Part shown: positions 18,840 to 26,524 of the stretch, piece after piece
How the letters are laid out: each line of letters begins with the position of its first letter
Numbering within the stretch: position 1 is the stretch's first letter
NCBI GenBank assembly: GCA_034665065.1
Contig: JAXDGL010000001.1
Location: forward strand, 34,691 to 98,690
From: Thermoanaerobaculia bacterium
GTDB lineage: Bacteria; Acidobacteriota; Thermoanaerobaculia; Gp7-AA8
DNA length: 64,000 bases
Direction: 5' to 3'
Translations under genes and position numbers: made by a program
The notes under the pieces: generated by a model
Seen by the model: only the letters and a program-made list of their open reading frames with translations
The model's database searches: none
Told to the model about the DNA's origin: nothing

Positions 18840-19598
18840 TTAGTCCACCACAACATTCCGCAGCACTCCGATTCCTTCGATCTCCACTTCGACGCGATCG
18901 CCAGCCACGAGCGGGCCGACGCCGGCGGGTGTGCCCGTCAGGATCACGTCGCCGGGATGCAGCGTCATCACCGACGTGATGAACTCGATGATCACGCCGC
19001 AGTCGAAGACCATGTCGCGCGTGTTGCCGTCCTGCTTCGTCTCGCCATTTACGCGCGTGCGAAGCGAAAGGCTCGACGGATCGAGATCGGTCTCGATGCA
19101 CGGACCCATCGGACAGAATGTGTCGAAGCTTTTTCCTCGCGTAAATTGCACATCTTTTTTCTGCAGGTCGCGGGCGGTGACGTCGTTGGCACAGGCGAAA
19201 CCGAGGACGACGCTGCGCCAATCGGCGGCGGTAATGTTCCGCGCTGTGCTCCCGATGACGATGGCCAGCTCCCCTTCGAAGTCGACGCGCTGCGATTGGC
19301 GAGGGCGAACGATCGTTCCATTCGGCGACAGCAGGGCGCTCGGCGGTTTCAAAAAGATGATCGGCTCGGAAGGCGCTTCGTTGCCAAGCTCCTTCGCGTG
19401 CTCGGCGTAGTTGCGTCCTACAGCAACGATCTTCGTGGGGACCACTGGAGGAAGGAGCTCGGCAGTGGCCAGCGGAATGGCGTGACTTGTGGCCTGACCA
19501 AGCGCGGTCGCATCGCGGCCGGTGTACCGAACGATCCGGTCACCATCCGCCACACCGATGGCGACACGGCCCCCGTCGAGAAAGCGATAGATTTTCAC
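18840..19598 (-). CDS. Fumarylacetoacetate hydrolase family protein
   Basis: KIVAVGRNYAEHA, FLKP, DFEGEL, ANDVTARD, KSFDTFCPMGP and GDVILTGTPAGV motifs. Confidence 0.93.
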   Translation of the reverse strand: MKIYRFLDGGRVAIGVADGDRIVRYTGRDATALGQATSHAIPLATAELLPPVVPTKIVAVGRNYAEHAKELGNEAPSEPIIFLKPPSALLSPNGTIVRPRQSQRVDFEGELAIVIGSTARNITAADWRSVVLGFACANDVTARDLQKKDVQFTRGKSFDTFCPMGPCIETDLDPSSLSLRTRVNGETKQDGNTRDMVFDCGVIIEFITSVMTLHPGDVILTGTPAGVGPLVAGDRVEVEIEGIGVLRNVVVD

Positions 19599-19630
19599 GG
19601 CGGCGAATTGTAATCGTAGAATCCACAACC

Positions 19631-20149
19631 ATGGCGCAAACAACATTGTTCAGCAAGGCAGATATCGACCGTCGTGTCGCGGAAATGGGCGCAGAGATCA
19701 CCAAAGACCTGGCCGGGAGCGATCTCATCGCGCTCTGCGTGCTCAAAGGGGCGATGTTCTTCTGCAGCGACTTGATGCGGCAGATTGGATTCGATGTCGC
19801 CCTCGACTTCATCCAGATCTCGTCGTACGGCAATCAGAAGACGTCGTCCGGCGTCGTGACGATTCTGAAAGAACCGCAGCTCGACATGCGCGATCGCACG
19901 GTGCTGATCATCGAAGACATCATCGACAGCGGCCTGTCGATGAAGGAAGTCTTCCGCTACATCAAGCTCGACCGCGGTGCGAAGGAAGTGCGAACGGCCA
20001 CATTCCTCGACAAACCTGCCGCGCGCAAGGTCGAGTTCCAGGCCGACTACATCGGGTTTTCCATCGACCCGAAGTTCGTCATCGGCTATGGGCTGGACTA
20101 CGCGGAGAAGTATCGGAACGTGCCGGAGATTCAGGTATTGGAAGAGTGA
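19631..20149 (+). CDS. hpt: Hypoxanthine phosphoribosyltransferase
   Basis: LCVLKGA, VLIIEDIIDSG PRPP-binding motif, FVIGYGLDYAEKYRN. Confidence 0.95.
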   Translation: MAQTTLFSKADIDRRVAEMGAEITKDLAGSDLIALCVLKGAMFFCSDLMRQIGFDVALDFIQISSYGNQKTSSGVVTILKEPQLDMRDRTVLIIEDIIDSGLSMKEVFRYIKLDRGAKEVRTATFLDKPAARKVEFQADYIGFSIDPKFVIGYGLDYAEKYRNVPEIQVLEE

Positions 20150-20616
20150 AGAACCAAGAGTGAAGGGTGAAGAGTGAAGAGTGAAAGGAATGACCGAACC
20201 GAAACGCGATCTTCCGGAGCGGACCTTTGAATTTTCTCGTCGTGTCGTCAAGCTGTGTCAGAAGCTTGATCAATCTCCCGGTGTCAGTCGAACGCTCGCT
20301 CATCAGATTCTTCGCGCCGCTTGCTCGGTGGGAGCGAACGTTCAGGAGGGCCAGGGAAGTCAGAGCCGCGCTGATTTCATTTCGAAATACTCCATCGCCT
20401 GCAAAGAAGCGCGCGAAACTCACTACTGGCTGAGACTTCTATCAGAAGCCGGCGTAGTTCCCGCAGACCGCCTCTTGCCACTCATCGAAGAAGCAAATCA
20501 GCTCGTCGCAATCCTGACGACTATCGTTAGGAAAACTCGCGCCAACAACAAAAGGGCTCAAGGCTGACGCAAGAATTTCACTCTTCACTCTTCACTCTTC
20601 ACTCTTCACTCTTCAC
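20141..20616. mobile_element. Cassette bounded by inverted heptamer arrays (GAAGAGT)n / (TTCACTC)n enclosing a four-helix-bundle gene
   Basis: Arrays at 20141-20186 and 20576-20616 are reverse complements of each other. Confidence 0.6.
20190..20567 (+). CDS. Four helix bundle protein (23S rRNA IVP-like family)
   Basis: RTFEFSRRVV...QILRAACSVGANVQEG...SRADFISKYSIACKEARETHYWLRLL. Confidence 0.92.
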   Translation: MTEPKRDLPERTFEFSRRVVKLCQKLDQSPGVSRTLAHQILRAACSVGANVQEGQGSQSRADFISKYSIACKEARETHYWLRLLSEAGVVPADRLLPLIEEANQLVAILTTIVRKTRANNKRAQG

Positions 20617-21437
20617 TTCAAGTACTTCGTCATCAACATCGCGATCATCGCCGCGCCGAGTACGTAGCGGTAGTAGATGAACACATGCGTCGTGTGCGTG
20701 CGCAGGAAGCGGATCAGGAACCAGATCGATGCGTAGCCGGAGATGAAGGCCACGACGATGGCCACGGCGATCGGTGTCCATCCGAGTGCGCCGAGGGCGT
20801 GGCGCTCCTTGAAGAGCTCGAGCACGCCGGCGCCCCCAACTGCGGGAATCGACAAGAGAAACGAATAGCGCGCCGCAGTCGGGCGATCGATCCCTCGGAA
20901 AATCGCCGGCATGATCGTCGAGCCGCTCCGTGACGATCCCGGAATCAAGGCCAGGCATTGCCCGAGGCCGATGACGACGGCGTCCGTCACCGTCATGTCA
21001 TCAAATCCTCGCAGCTTCCGCCGCTTCGCATACCCCTCGGCGATCTGCATCAGGATCGCGACCACGATCACCATCGTCGTCACGATCCACAATCCGCGAA
21101 ACGTCGACTCGATGTGCTTCTTGAACAAGAGGCCGAGGACGACGATGGGAATCGTGCCGATGATGACGAGCCAGGCCTCGCGCGAGTCGGTGTCGATCAG
21201 AATCCGGCGCGTCATCAACCCGCGAAAGAAGCCGCCGATGAGCCGAACGATGTCGCGGAAGAAATAGATGATCGCCGCGAGCAGCGTGCCGAACTGAATC
21301 ACCGCCGAGACTGCGGCACCGGGATCGCCCCATCCGAGAACAGACGGAACGATGAGCAGATGCGCGGTCGAGCTGACGGGGATGAATTCGGTCAGGCCCT
21401 GAACGAGGCCGAGGACGATGGCTTCGGTGATGGTCAT
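20613..21437 (-). CDS. uppP: Undecaprenyl-diphosphate phosphatase
   Basis: LGLVQGLTEFIPVSSTAHL, QCLALIPGSSRSGST and AARYSFLLSIP motifs. Confidence 0.96.
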   Translation of the reverse strand: MTITEAIVLGLVQGLTEFIPVSSTAHLLIVPSVLGWGDPGAAVSAVIQFGTLLAAIIYFFRDIVRLIGGFFRGLMTRRILIDTDSREAWLVIIGTIPIVVLGLLFKKHIESTFRGLWIVTTMVIVVAILMQIAEGYAKRRKLRGFDDMTVTDAVVIGLGQCLALIPGSSRSGSTIMPAIFRGIDRPTAARYSFLLSIPAVGGAGVLELFKERHALGALGWTPIAVAIVVAFISGYASIWFLIRFLRTHTTHVFIYYRYVLGAAMIAMLMTKYLK

Positions 21438-21472
21438 TCGTGCTCCTGAATTGTGACGTCGGCGGTATGCGA

Positions 21473-21549
21473 GTTGTCGGTTGTCGGTTTTCTGTTGTCA
21501 GAACCGCACATAGCCGACAACTGATAACCGATAACCGACAACCGACAAC
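21473..21549. repeat. Inverted heptamer arrays (GTTGTCG)x4 / (CGACAAC)x5 with a 13-nt loop
   Basis: Read directly, between the rnj stop and the uppP start. Confidence 0.9.
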
Positions 21550-21560
21550 TCCAGGAAAAA

Positions 21561-23255
21561 CTACATCTCCCAGATCACTGGGAGAATCATCGGTCTGCGT
21601 CCCATCGACTTGCGGAAATACCGTTTGAGCAGACTGCGCATTCTCTCCTGCACCAGATCGCTGTCGCGCAATTCGTCGGGACCGCACGCGTGCAGCATCT
21701 GCACGAGTTGTGCGCGAACCTCGGCCAGGATGTCCTGACTCTCGTCGACGTGCAGCAGTCCGCGCGTGATGATCTCCGGTTCGCGTCCGATGTGGCCGTT
21801 CGAATCGATCGCCGTCACCACGATCACGAATCCATCCTCGGCCAGATGCTGCCGGTCGCGGACGACGATCTCCGGCACTTCCTCCGCCTCGCCGTCGATG
21901 AAGACTTTGCCGTAAGGGACGCGCTCTTCGAGGACGCGAATCTCGTCGCCGGCGATCTCCGCCACCTGGCCGTTGGTGATCACAATCCCGTGCGGCACGC
22001 CGACGCTCTTCGCCAGACGGGCGTGATGAATGAGATGACGCAGCGTGCCGTGAATGGGGATGAAGAATTTCGGCCGCGTGACGTTGAGCATCAGCTTCAA
22101 CTCTTCCTCGCAGGCGTGACCGGAGACATGAACGTCGGCGTTCTCCCAGTTCAACACTTCGGCGCCGCGGCGATAGAGGTTGTCGATGACATGCGAGACG
22201 GCGCGCTCGTTTCCCGGAATCGTGCGCGCCGAAAGGATAACGACGTCGCCGCGCTTGATCTCGACCGACTTGTGCTCGCCGATGGCCATGCGCGAGAGCG
22301 CGGATCGCGGCTCCCCCTGGGTTCCTGTCGTGAGAATGAGCACTTCGTGATCGGCATAGTCGGACGGCTTGGCGTTCGCGCCAGGACGTTGTTCGCGCGC
22401 GATGCGCAGATAGCCGAGACGCTCGGCCGTTTCGGCGTTGTCGACGAGCGAGCGTCCGATGAGAAAAACCTTGCGCTTGTGCTTGCGCGCGGCATCGACA
22501 ACCTGCTGCACGCGATGGATGTGCGACGCGAAGGTCGTGAGGATGATGCGCCCGGTGAGATTAGCGAAGAGGTTGTTGAATGAGTTTCCGACTGTTTTCT
22601 CTGACGGGCCGTGACCCGGCACGAGCGCGTTGGTGGAGTCGCTCATCAACGCGAGCACACCTTCTTCACCATATGCCGCGAAGCGCGCCAAGTCCGTTCG
22701 CTTGCCATCGACCGGCGTGTGATCGATCTTGAAATCGCCGGTGTGAATGAGCGTTCCCGCAGGCGTGCGAATGGCCAGCCCGATGGCGTCGACGATCGAA
22801 TGCGTGACTTGAATTGCTTCGACGCGGAACACGCCGGCGTCGACGACGTCGCGCGGCATGAACGGCCGGAGCTCGACATTCTCGATCCCGAACTCTTCGA
22901 GCTTGTCGCGGACGAAGCCGAGCGTCAGCGGCATTCCGTACACGGGCACATTCACTGTCTCGACGAGGAACGGAATCGCGCCGATGTGGTCTTCGTGTCC
23001 ATGCGTGAGAAACACAGCCTTCACACGCTCGGGGCGGTCGAAGAGATACGTCATGTCGGGAACGATGACGTCGACGCCGAGCGTGGCGGCATCGGGAAAC
23101 ATCATGCCGCAGTCGACGAGGATGGCGTCATCGCCGTACTCGTAGACCATCAGGTTCATCCCGATCTCGCCGAGTCCGCCGAGGGGAATGATTCTCAATG
23201 CGCCTGGCGGCGCGTTATCGGTTGTCGGTTGCCGGGTGTCGGTATCTGCAGTCAT
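21561..23255 (-). CDS. rnj: Ribonuclease J
   Basis: IIPLGGLGEIGMN, THGHEDHIG, HTGDFK, TFASHIHR and HVSGHA motifs. Confidence 0.96.
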   Translation of the reverse strand: MTADTDTRQPTTDNAPPGALRIIPLGGLGEIGMNLMVYEYGDDAILVDCGMMFPDAATLGVDVIVPDMTYLFDRPERVKAVFLTHGHEDHIGAIPFLVETVNVPVYGMPLTLGFVRDKLEEFGIENVELRPFMPRDVVDAGVFRVEAIQVTHSIVDAIGLAIRTPAGTLIHTGDFKIDHTPVDGKRTDLARFAAYGEEGVLALMSDSTNALVPGHGPSEKTVGNSFNNLFANLTGRIILTTFASHIHRVQQVVDAARKHKRKVFLIGRSLVDNAETAERLGYLRIAREQRPGANAKPSDYADHEVLILTTGTQGEPRSALSRMAIGEHKSVEIKRGDVVILSARTIPGNERAVSHVIDNLYRRGAEVLNWENADVHVSGHACEEELKLMLNVTRPKFFIPIHGTLRHLIHHARLAKSVGVPHGIVITNGQVAEIAGDEIRVLEERVPYGKVFIDGEAEEVPEIVVRDRQHLAEDGFVIVVTAIDSNGHIGREPEIITRGLLHVDESQDILAEVRAQLVQMLHACGPDELRDSDLVQERMRSLLKRYFRKSMGRRPMILPVIWEM

Positions 23256-23310
23256 GTTCGCGGGACTCCGATGCTATCGCACCGACAACGGACAACCGAC
23301 AACCGAGAAC
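23214..23310. repeat. Inverted heptamer arrays spanning the rnj start codon
   Basis: (GTTGTCG)-type at 23214-23247 inside the CDS; (CGACAAC)-type at 23283-23310 upstream. Confidence 0.85.
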
Positions 23311-23323
23311 GCGCGAAGCGCAA

Positions 23324-24616
23324 TCAGGGGTAAATCCTGTTCAGCGTGCGCGGATACGGAATCGTCTCGCGGAGATGCGGGACGCCGCTCACCCACGCCA
23401 CGCAGCGCTCGATTCCCATGCCGAAGCCGGAGTGCGGGAACGTGCCGTACTTGCGCACGTCGAGATACCACTGGAACTTGTCGAGCGGCAGTTTGTGCTG
23501 CTGGATCCGTTCGAGGAGCAGGTCGTGATCATGAATGCGTTGCGAGCCGCCGATGATCTCGCCGTAGCCTTCCGGCGCGATCATGTCGAGACCGAGAACG
23601 ACCGACGGATCTTCAGGATCGGGCTGCATGTAGAACGCTTTGATGTCGGTCGGATAGCGGCTGATCATCACCGGCTGATCGAAGGAGTTGGCGATGACGG
23701 TTTCTTCGTCGCCGCCGAGGTCGTCGCCGAACTTCGCTTCCATGCCTTTTGATGCGAGGAGCTCGATGGCCTGGCGGTACGTAATGCGCGGAAAAGGCCG
23801 CTTTACTTTCTCGAGCTTCGATTGATCGCGCTCGAGTGTTTTCAATTCTTCCTGACAGCGCTCCAGCGCTCGCCCGACGAGATACTCGACGAACTCCTCA
23901 GCCAGTGACTGCAATCCTTCGAACTCGAGGAACGCAACCTCCGGCTCGACCATCCAGAACTCGGTGAGATGGCGTCGCGTCTTCGACTTCTCGGCGCGGA
24001 ACGTCGGACCGAAGCAGTAGACTTTCCCGAATGCTGCCGCGGCGGGCTCGAGGTAGAGCTGTCCCGATTGCGAGAGATAGGCCTTTTCACCGAAGTAGTC
24101 GGTCTCGAAGAGCGTCGACATTCCTTCCGCGGCGTTGGCGGTGAGGATCGGCGAGTCGATGAGAACGAAATCACGATCGTAGAAAAAGTCGCGAATCCCT
24201 TTCTCGATCTCGTTGCGGATGCGCAGAACCGCGTGTTGTTTCGATGACCGCAGCCAGAGATGGCGGTGGTTCATCAGGAAGTCGGTGCCATGCTCTTTCG
24301 GCGAGATTGGGTAATCGACGGAGGGACCGGTGATCTCGATCGACTCCACGCCAAGCTCGACGCCGCCCGGCGCGCGCGCTTCGGCACGAACGGACCCGGT
24401 GATGCGCACCGATGACTCCTGCGTCACTTCATCGGCAGCCTTCCAGGTCTCTTCGCTGACTTCCTTCTTGAAGACGACGCACTGCAGATAGCCGCTGCCG
24501 TCGCGGACGATAGGGAAAATCAGCTTGCCGGCGGTGCGCTTGTTGTAGAGCCACCCATCGATGGTGACGGTTTCTCCGACATGCTGCGATAGGTCTTTGA
24601 TTCGAACGTTGGTCAT
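23324..24616 (-). CDS. asnS: Asparagine--tRNA ligase
   Basis: OB-fold N-terminus, [36 protein letters not shown] and [11 protein letters not shown] motifs. Confidence 0.96.
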   Translation of the reverse strand: MTNVRIKDLSQHVGETVTIDGWLYNKRTAGKLIFPIVRDGSGYLQCVVFKKEVSEETWKAADEVTQESSVRITGSVRAEARAPGGVELGVESIEITGPSVDYPISPKEHGTDFLMNHRHLWLRSSKQHAVLRIRNEIEKGIRDFFYDRDFVLIDSPILTANAAEGMSTLFETDYFGEKAYLSQSGQLYLEPAAAAFGKVYCFGPTFRAEKSKTRRHLTEFWMVEPEVAFLEFEGLQSLAEEFVEYLVGRALERCQEELKTLERDQSKLEKVKRPFPRITYRQAIELLASKGMEAKFGDDLGGDEETVIANSFDQPVMISRYPTDIKAFYMQPDPEDPSVVLGLDMIAPEGYGEIIGGSQRIHDHDLLLERIQQHKLPLDKFQWYLDVRKYGTFPHSGFGMGIERCVAWVSGVPHLRETIPYPRTLNRIYP

Positions 24617-24647
24617 AAAGGGCGGGGATTATAGCGTCATTAATTTA

Positions 24648-25595
24648 GGCGGCGAGGACGCCGCCTGGCCAGCCGGCGTGACGCCAGCGTTCCGCCGGCA
24701 CGAAGCCGCCGTTGCCATGGACCGACGCGAGAAGGGTGCAAGTGCGGATGGAACGCTGGCGTCCTCGCCGGCTGGCTCGGCGGCGTCTCGCCGCCGTTTG
24801 CAAAGCCGATCACTCCGAGGTAGCCTTCTCGCTCCCACAAGCATCGGACGCGCTCTCTCCAAGCGCGCATGCGCCACGACAACTTCATCCCCCCAACTCA
24901 CAATCTCAATCGACGATCAAGAGGCAGGCTTCCTCACTGGGAGCTCGACGAGTCGACATACTCGATCACGTTCCGTCTTCGCGATTCGTTACCCCGCTCT
25001 GTTGCCGAAATGCTTTTCCGGGAGCGCCAGCACATGCTGCAAACTGCGATGAACGCCGCTGAGCGAGCGGAGGCGGATCGGATGTTCAGCCTACGCCTCG
25101 ATTCGTATCTCGACGCCGGCTACGGAAGCTGCATTTTGCGCGAGGACCGAAACGCGACCATCGTCGCCGGGGCGTTGCAATACTTCGACGGCACCCGTTA
25201 TGACCTTCACGCATGGTGCGTGATGCCGAATCACGTGCACGCGATGATTTATCTCGCGCATGGATCCGACCTCGAACGCGTGCTGCACTCATGGAAGTCG
25301 TACACCGCGCATAAGATCGGACAAGGCGTGATCTGGCAGCGGGAGTACTTTGATCGAATCGTTCGCGACGAGCGTGATTTTCGTGATGCCCGCAACTACG
25401 TGCTGAACAACCCGGCGAAAGCGGGACTGCGCAACTGGAAGTGGGTTGGCTATGGCCGCAAGCATGAAGGCGGCGGGGACGCCGCCTAGCCAGCCGGCGG
25501 GACGCCAGCGTTCCGCCAGCCCAGATTGCGACAAAAAACGTGCAAGTAGCGGATGGAAGCATGAAGGCGGCGGGGACGCCGCCTAGCCAGCCCGT
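24648..25595. mobile_element. RAYT locus flanked by cognate REP family D (GGAACGCTGGCGTC...GCCGGCTGG)
   Basis: Inverted REP pair at 24648-24696 / 24750-24795. Further copies at 25469-25517 and a partial copy at 25558-25592. Confidence 0.85.
24869..25489 (+). CDS. REP-associated tyrosine transposase (RAYT, Y1 HUH family)
   Basis: RGRLPHW, ITFRLRDSLP, MPNHVH (HUH), WQREYFDRIVRD and YVLNNPAKAG motifs. The stop codon lies within a REP. Confidence 0.92.
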   Translation: MRHDNFIPPTHNLNRRSRGRLPHWELDESTYSITFRLRDSLPRSVAEMLFRERQHMLQTAMNAAERAEADRMFSLRLDSYLDAGYGSCILREDRNATIVAGALQYFDGTRYDLHAWCVMPNHVHAMIYLAHGSDLERVLHSWKSYTAHKIGQGVIWQREYFDRIVRDERDFRDARNYVLNNPAKAGLRNWKWVGYGRKHEGGGDAA

Positions 25596-26488
25596 TACCG
25601 CGGCACCTTCACCGACAGCGACTGCGGGACGATCGTCACGACCAGGGGTGTGGCCAGGGTCACCACCTCGCCATCGACGCCGACTTGAAACACCTTCTTT
25701 CGCGATTGCACTTTGACGCGCGACGTCCGAAACGAGCGGAATCCTGGCGCCGTGTGCACGCGGCCCGCGAGGTAATGCGCGACGAAGCTCGTCAGCGCGA
25801 GCCGTGGCACGTGCGGCAGCCAATAGACCGAGAGCCGTCCTTCTTCGAGTGCCAGACGCGGCGCTTCGATCCCGAGCCGCGAGAGGTCGTACGTATTGTT
25901 CGAGATCATCAATACGTGCGTGCGCACGGCCTCCTGATGGTGTTCGCTTTCGAGCGTCACGGCGATGTGCGGATACTTGCGCAGCGTCGCGAAGGCCGCA
26001 TAAATGCGCGCCTTCCAGCGCGGATAGTCGCGCCCTTTCTCTTCGCGGCGCGCGACCAGCTCCGGATAGAGCCCCATGGAAACGTTGTTCACGAAAAACC
26101 GTTCGTTGATACGCGCGGCGTCAATCGGCTTCGTCGCGCCCGAGGTGATCACGTCGAGCGCTTCGGGCCACGGCAGCGGAATCCCGAGGTCCTTGGCGAA
26201 GTGGTTGTAGGTGCCGACAGGGATGACGCCGAGGATGGCGTCGGTGTTCACGAGGGGTTGGATCACGGTGTTGATCGTCCCATCGCCACCCGCAGCGACG
26301 AAGAGGCGAATCCCCTCTCGCAGGCGCGTTCGAATCAACGCTGCGCAATTGAGCTCGCGGCTGACGCGGATCACTTCCAATCCGGCTTCGCCGGCGGCTT
26401 GCTCCAGCTCCTTTTTCTCCGCCTCGGGCATCTTCAATCCCGATGACGGATTGAAAAACATGAGGCCTCTTACTTTTTGGTCCGGCAA
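25595..26488 (-). CDS. Diacylglycerol kinase family lipid kinase (YegS/BmrU-like)
   Basis: FNPSSG, AAGGDGTIN, IPVGTYNHFAKDLG and GVDGE motifs. Probable TTG start at 26488 after GGGGAG. Confidence 0.9.
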   Translation of the reverse strand: MPDQKVRGLMFFNPSSGLKMPEAEKKELEQAAGEAGLEVIRVSRELNCAALIRTRLREGIRLFVAAGGDGTINTVIQPLVNTDAILGVIPVGTYNHFAKDLGIPLPWPEALDVITSGATKPIDAARINERFFVNNVSMGLYPELVARREEKGRDYPRWKARIYAAFATLRKYPHIAVTLESEHHQEAVRTHVLMISNNTYDLSRLGIEAPRLALEEGRLSVYWLPHVPRLALTSFVAHYLAGRVHTAPGFRSFRTSRVKVQSRKKVFQVGVDGEVVTLATPLVVTIVPQSLSVKVPR

Positions 26489-26524
26489 TATCAACTCCCC
26501 TGCTGGCGTTTGCAAAACGGCAAA

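Noticed and set aside
20190-20567. Diversity-generating retroelement (Avd-like gene)
   Set aside because: No reverse transcriptase and no TR/VR pair differing at adenines anywhere in the window.
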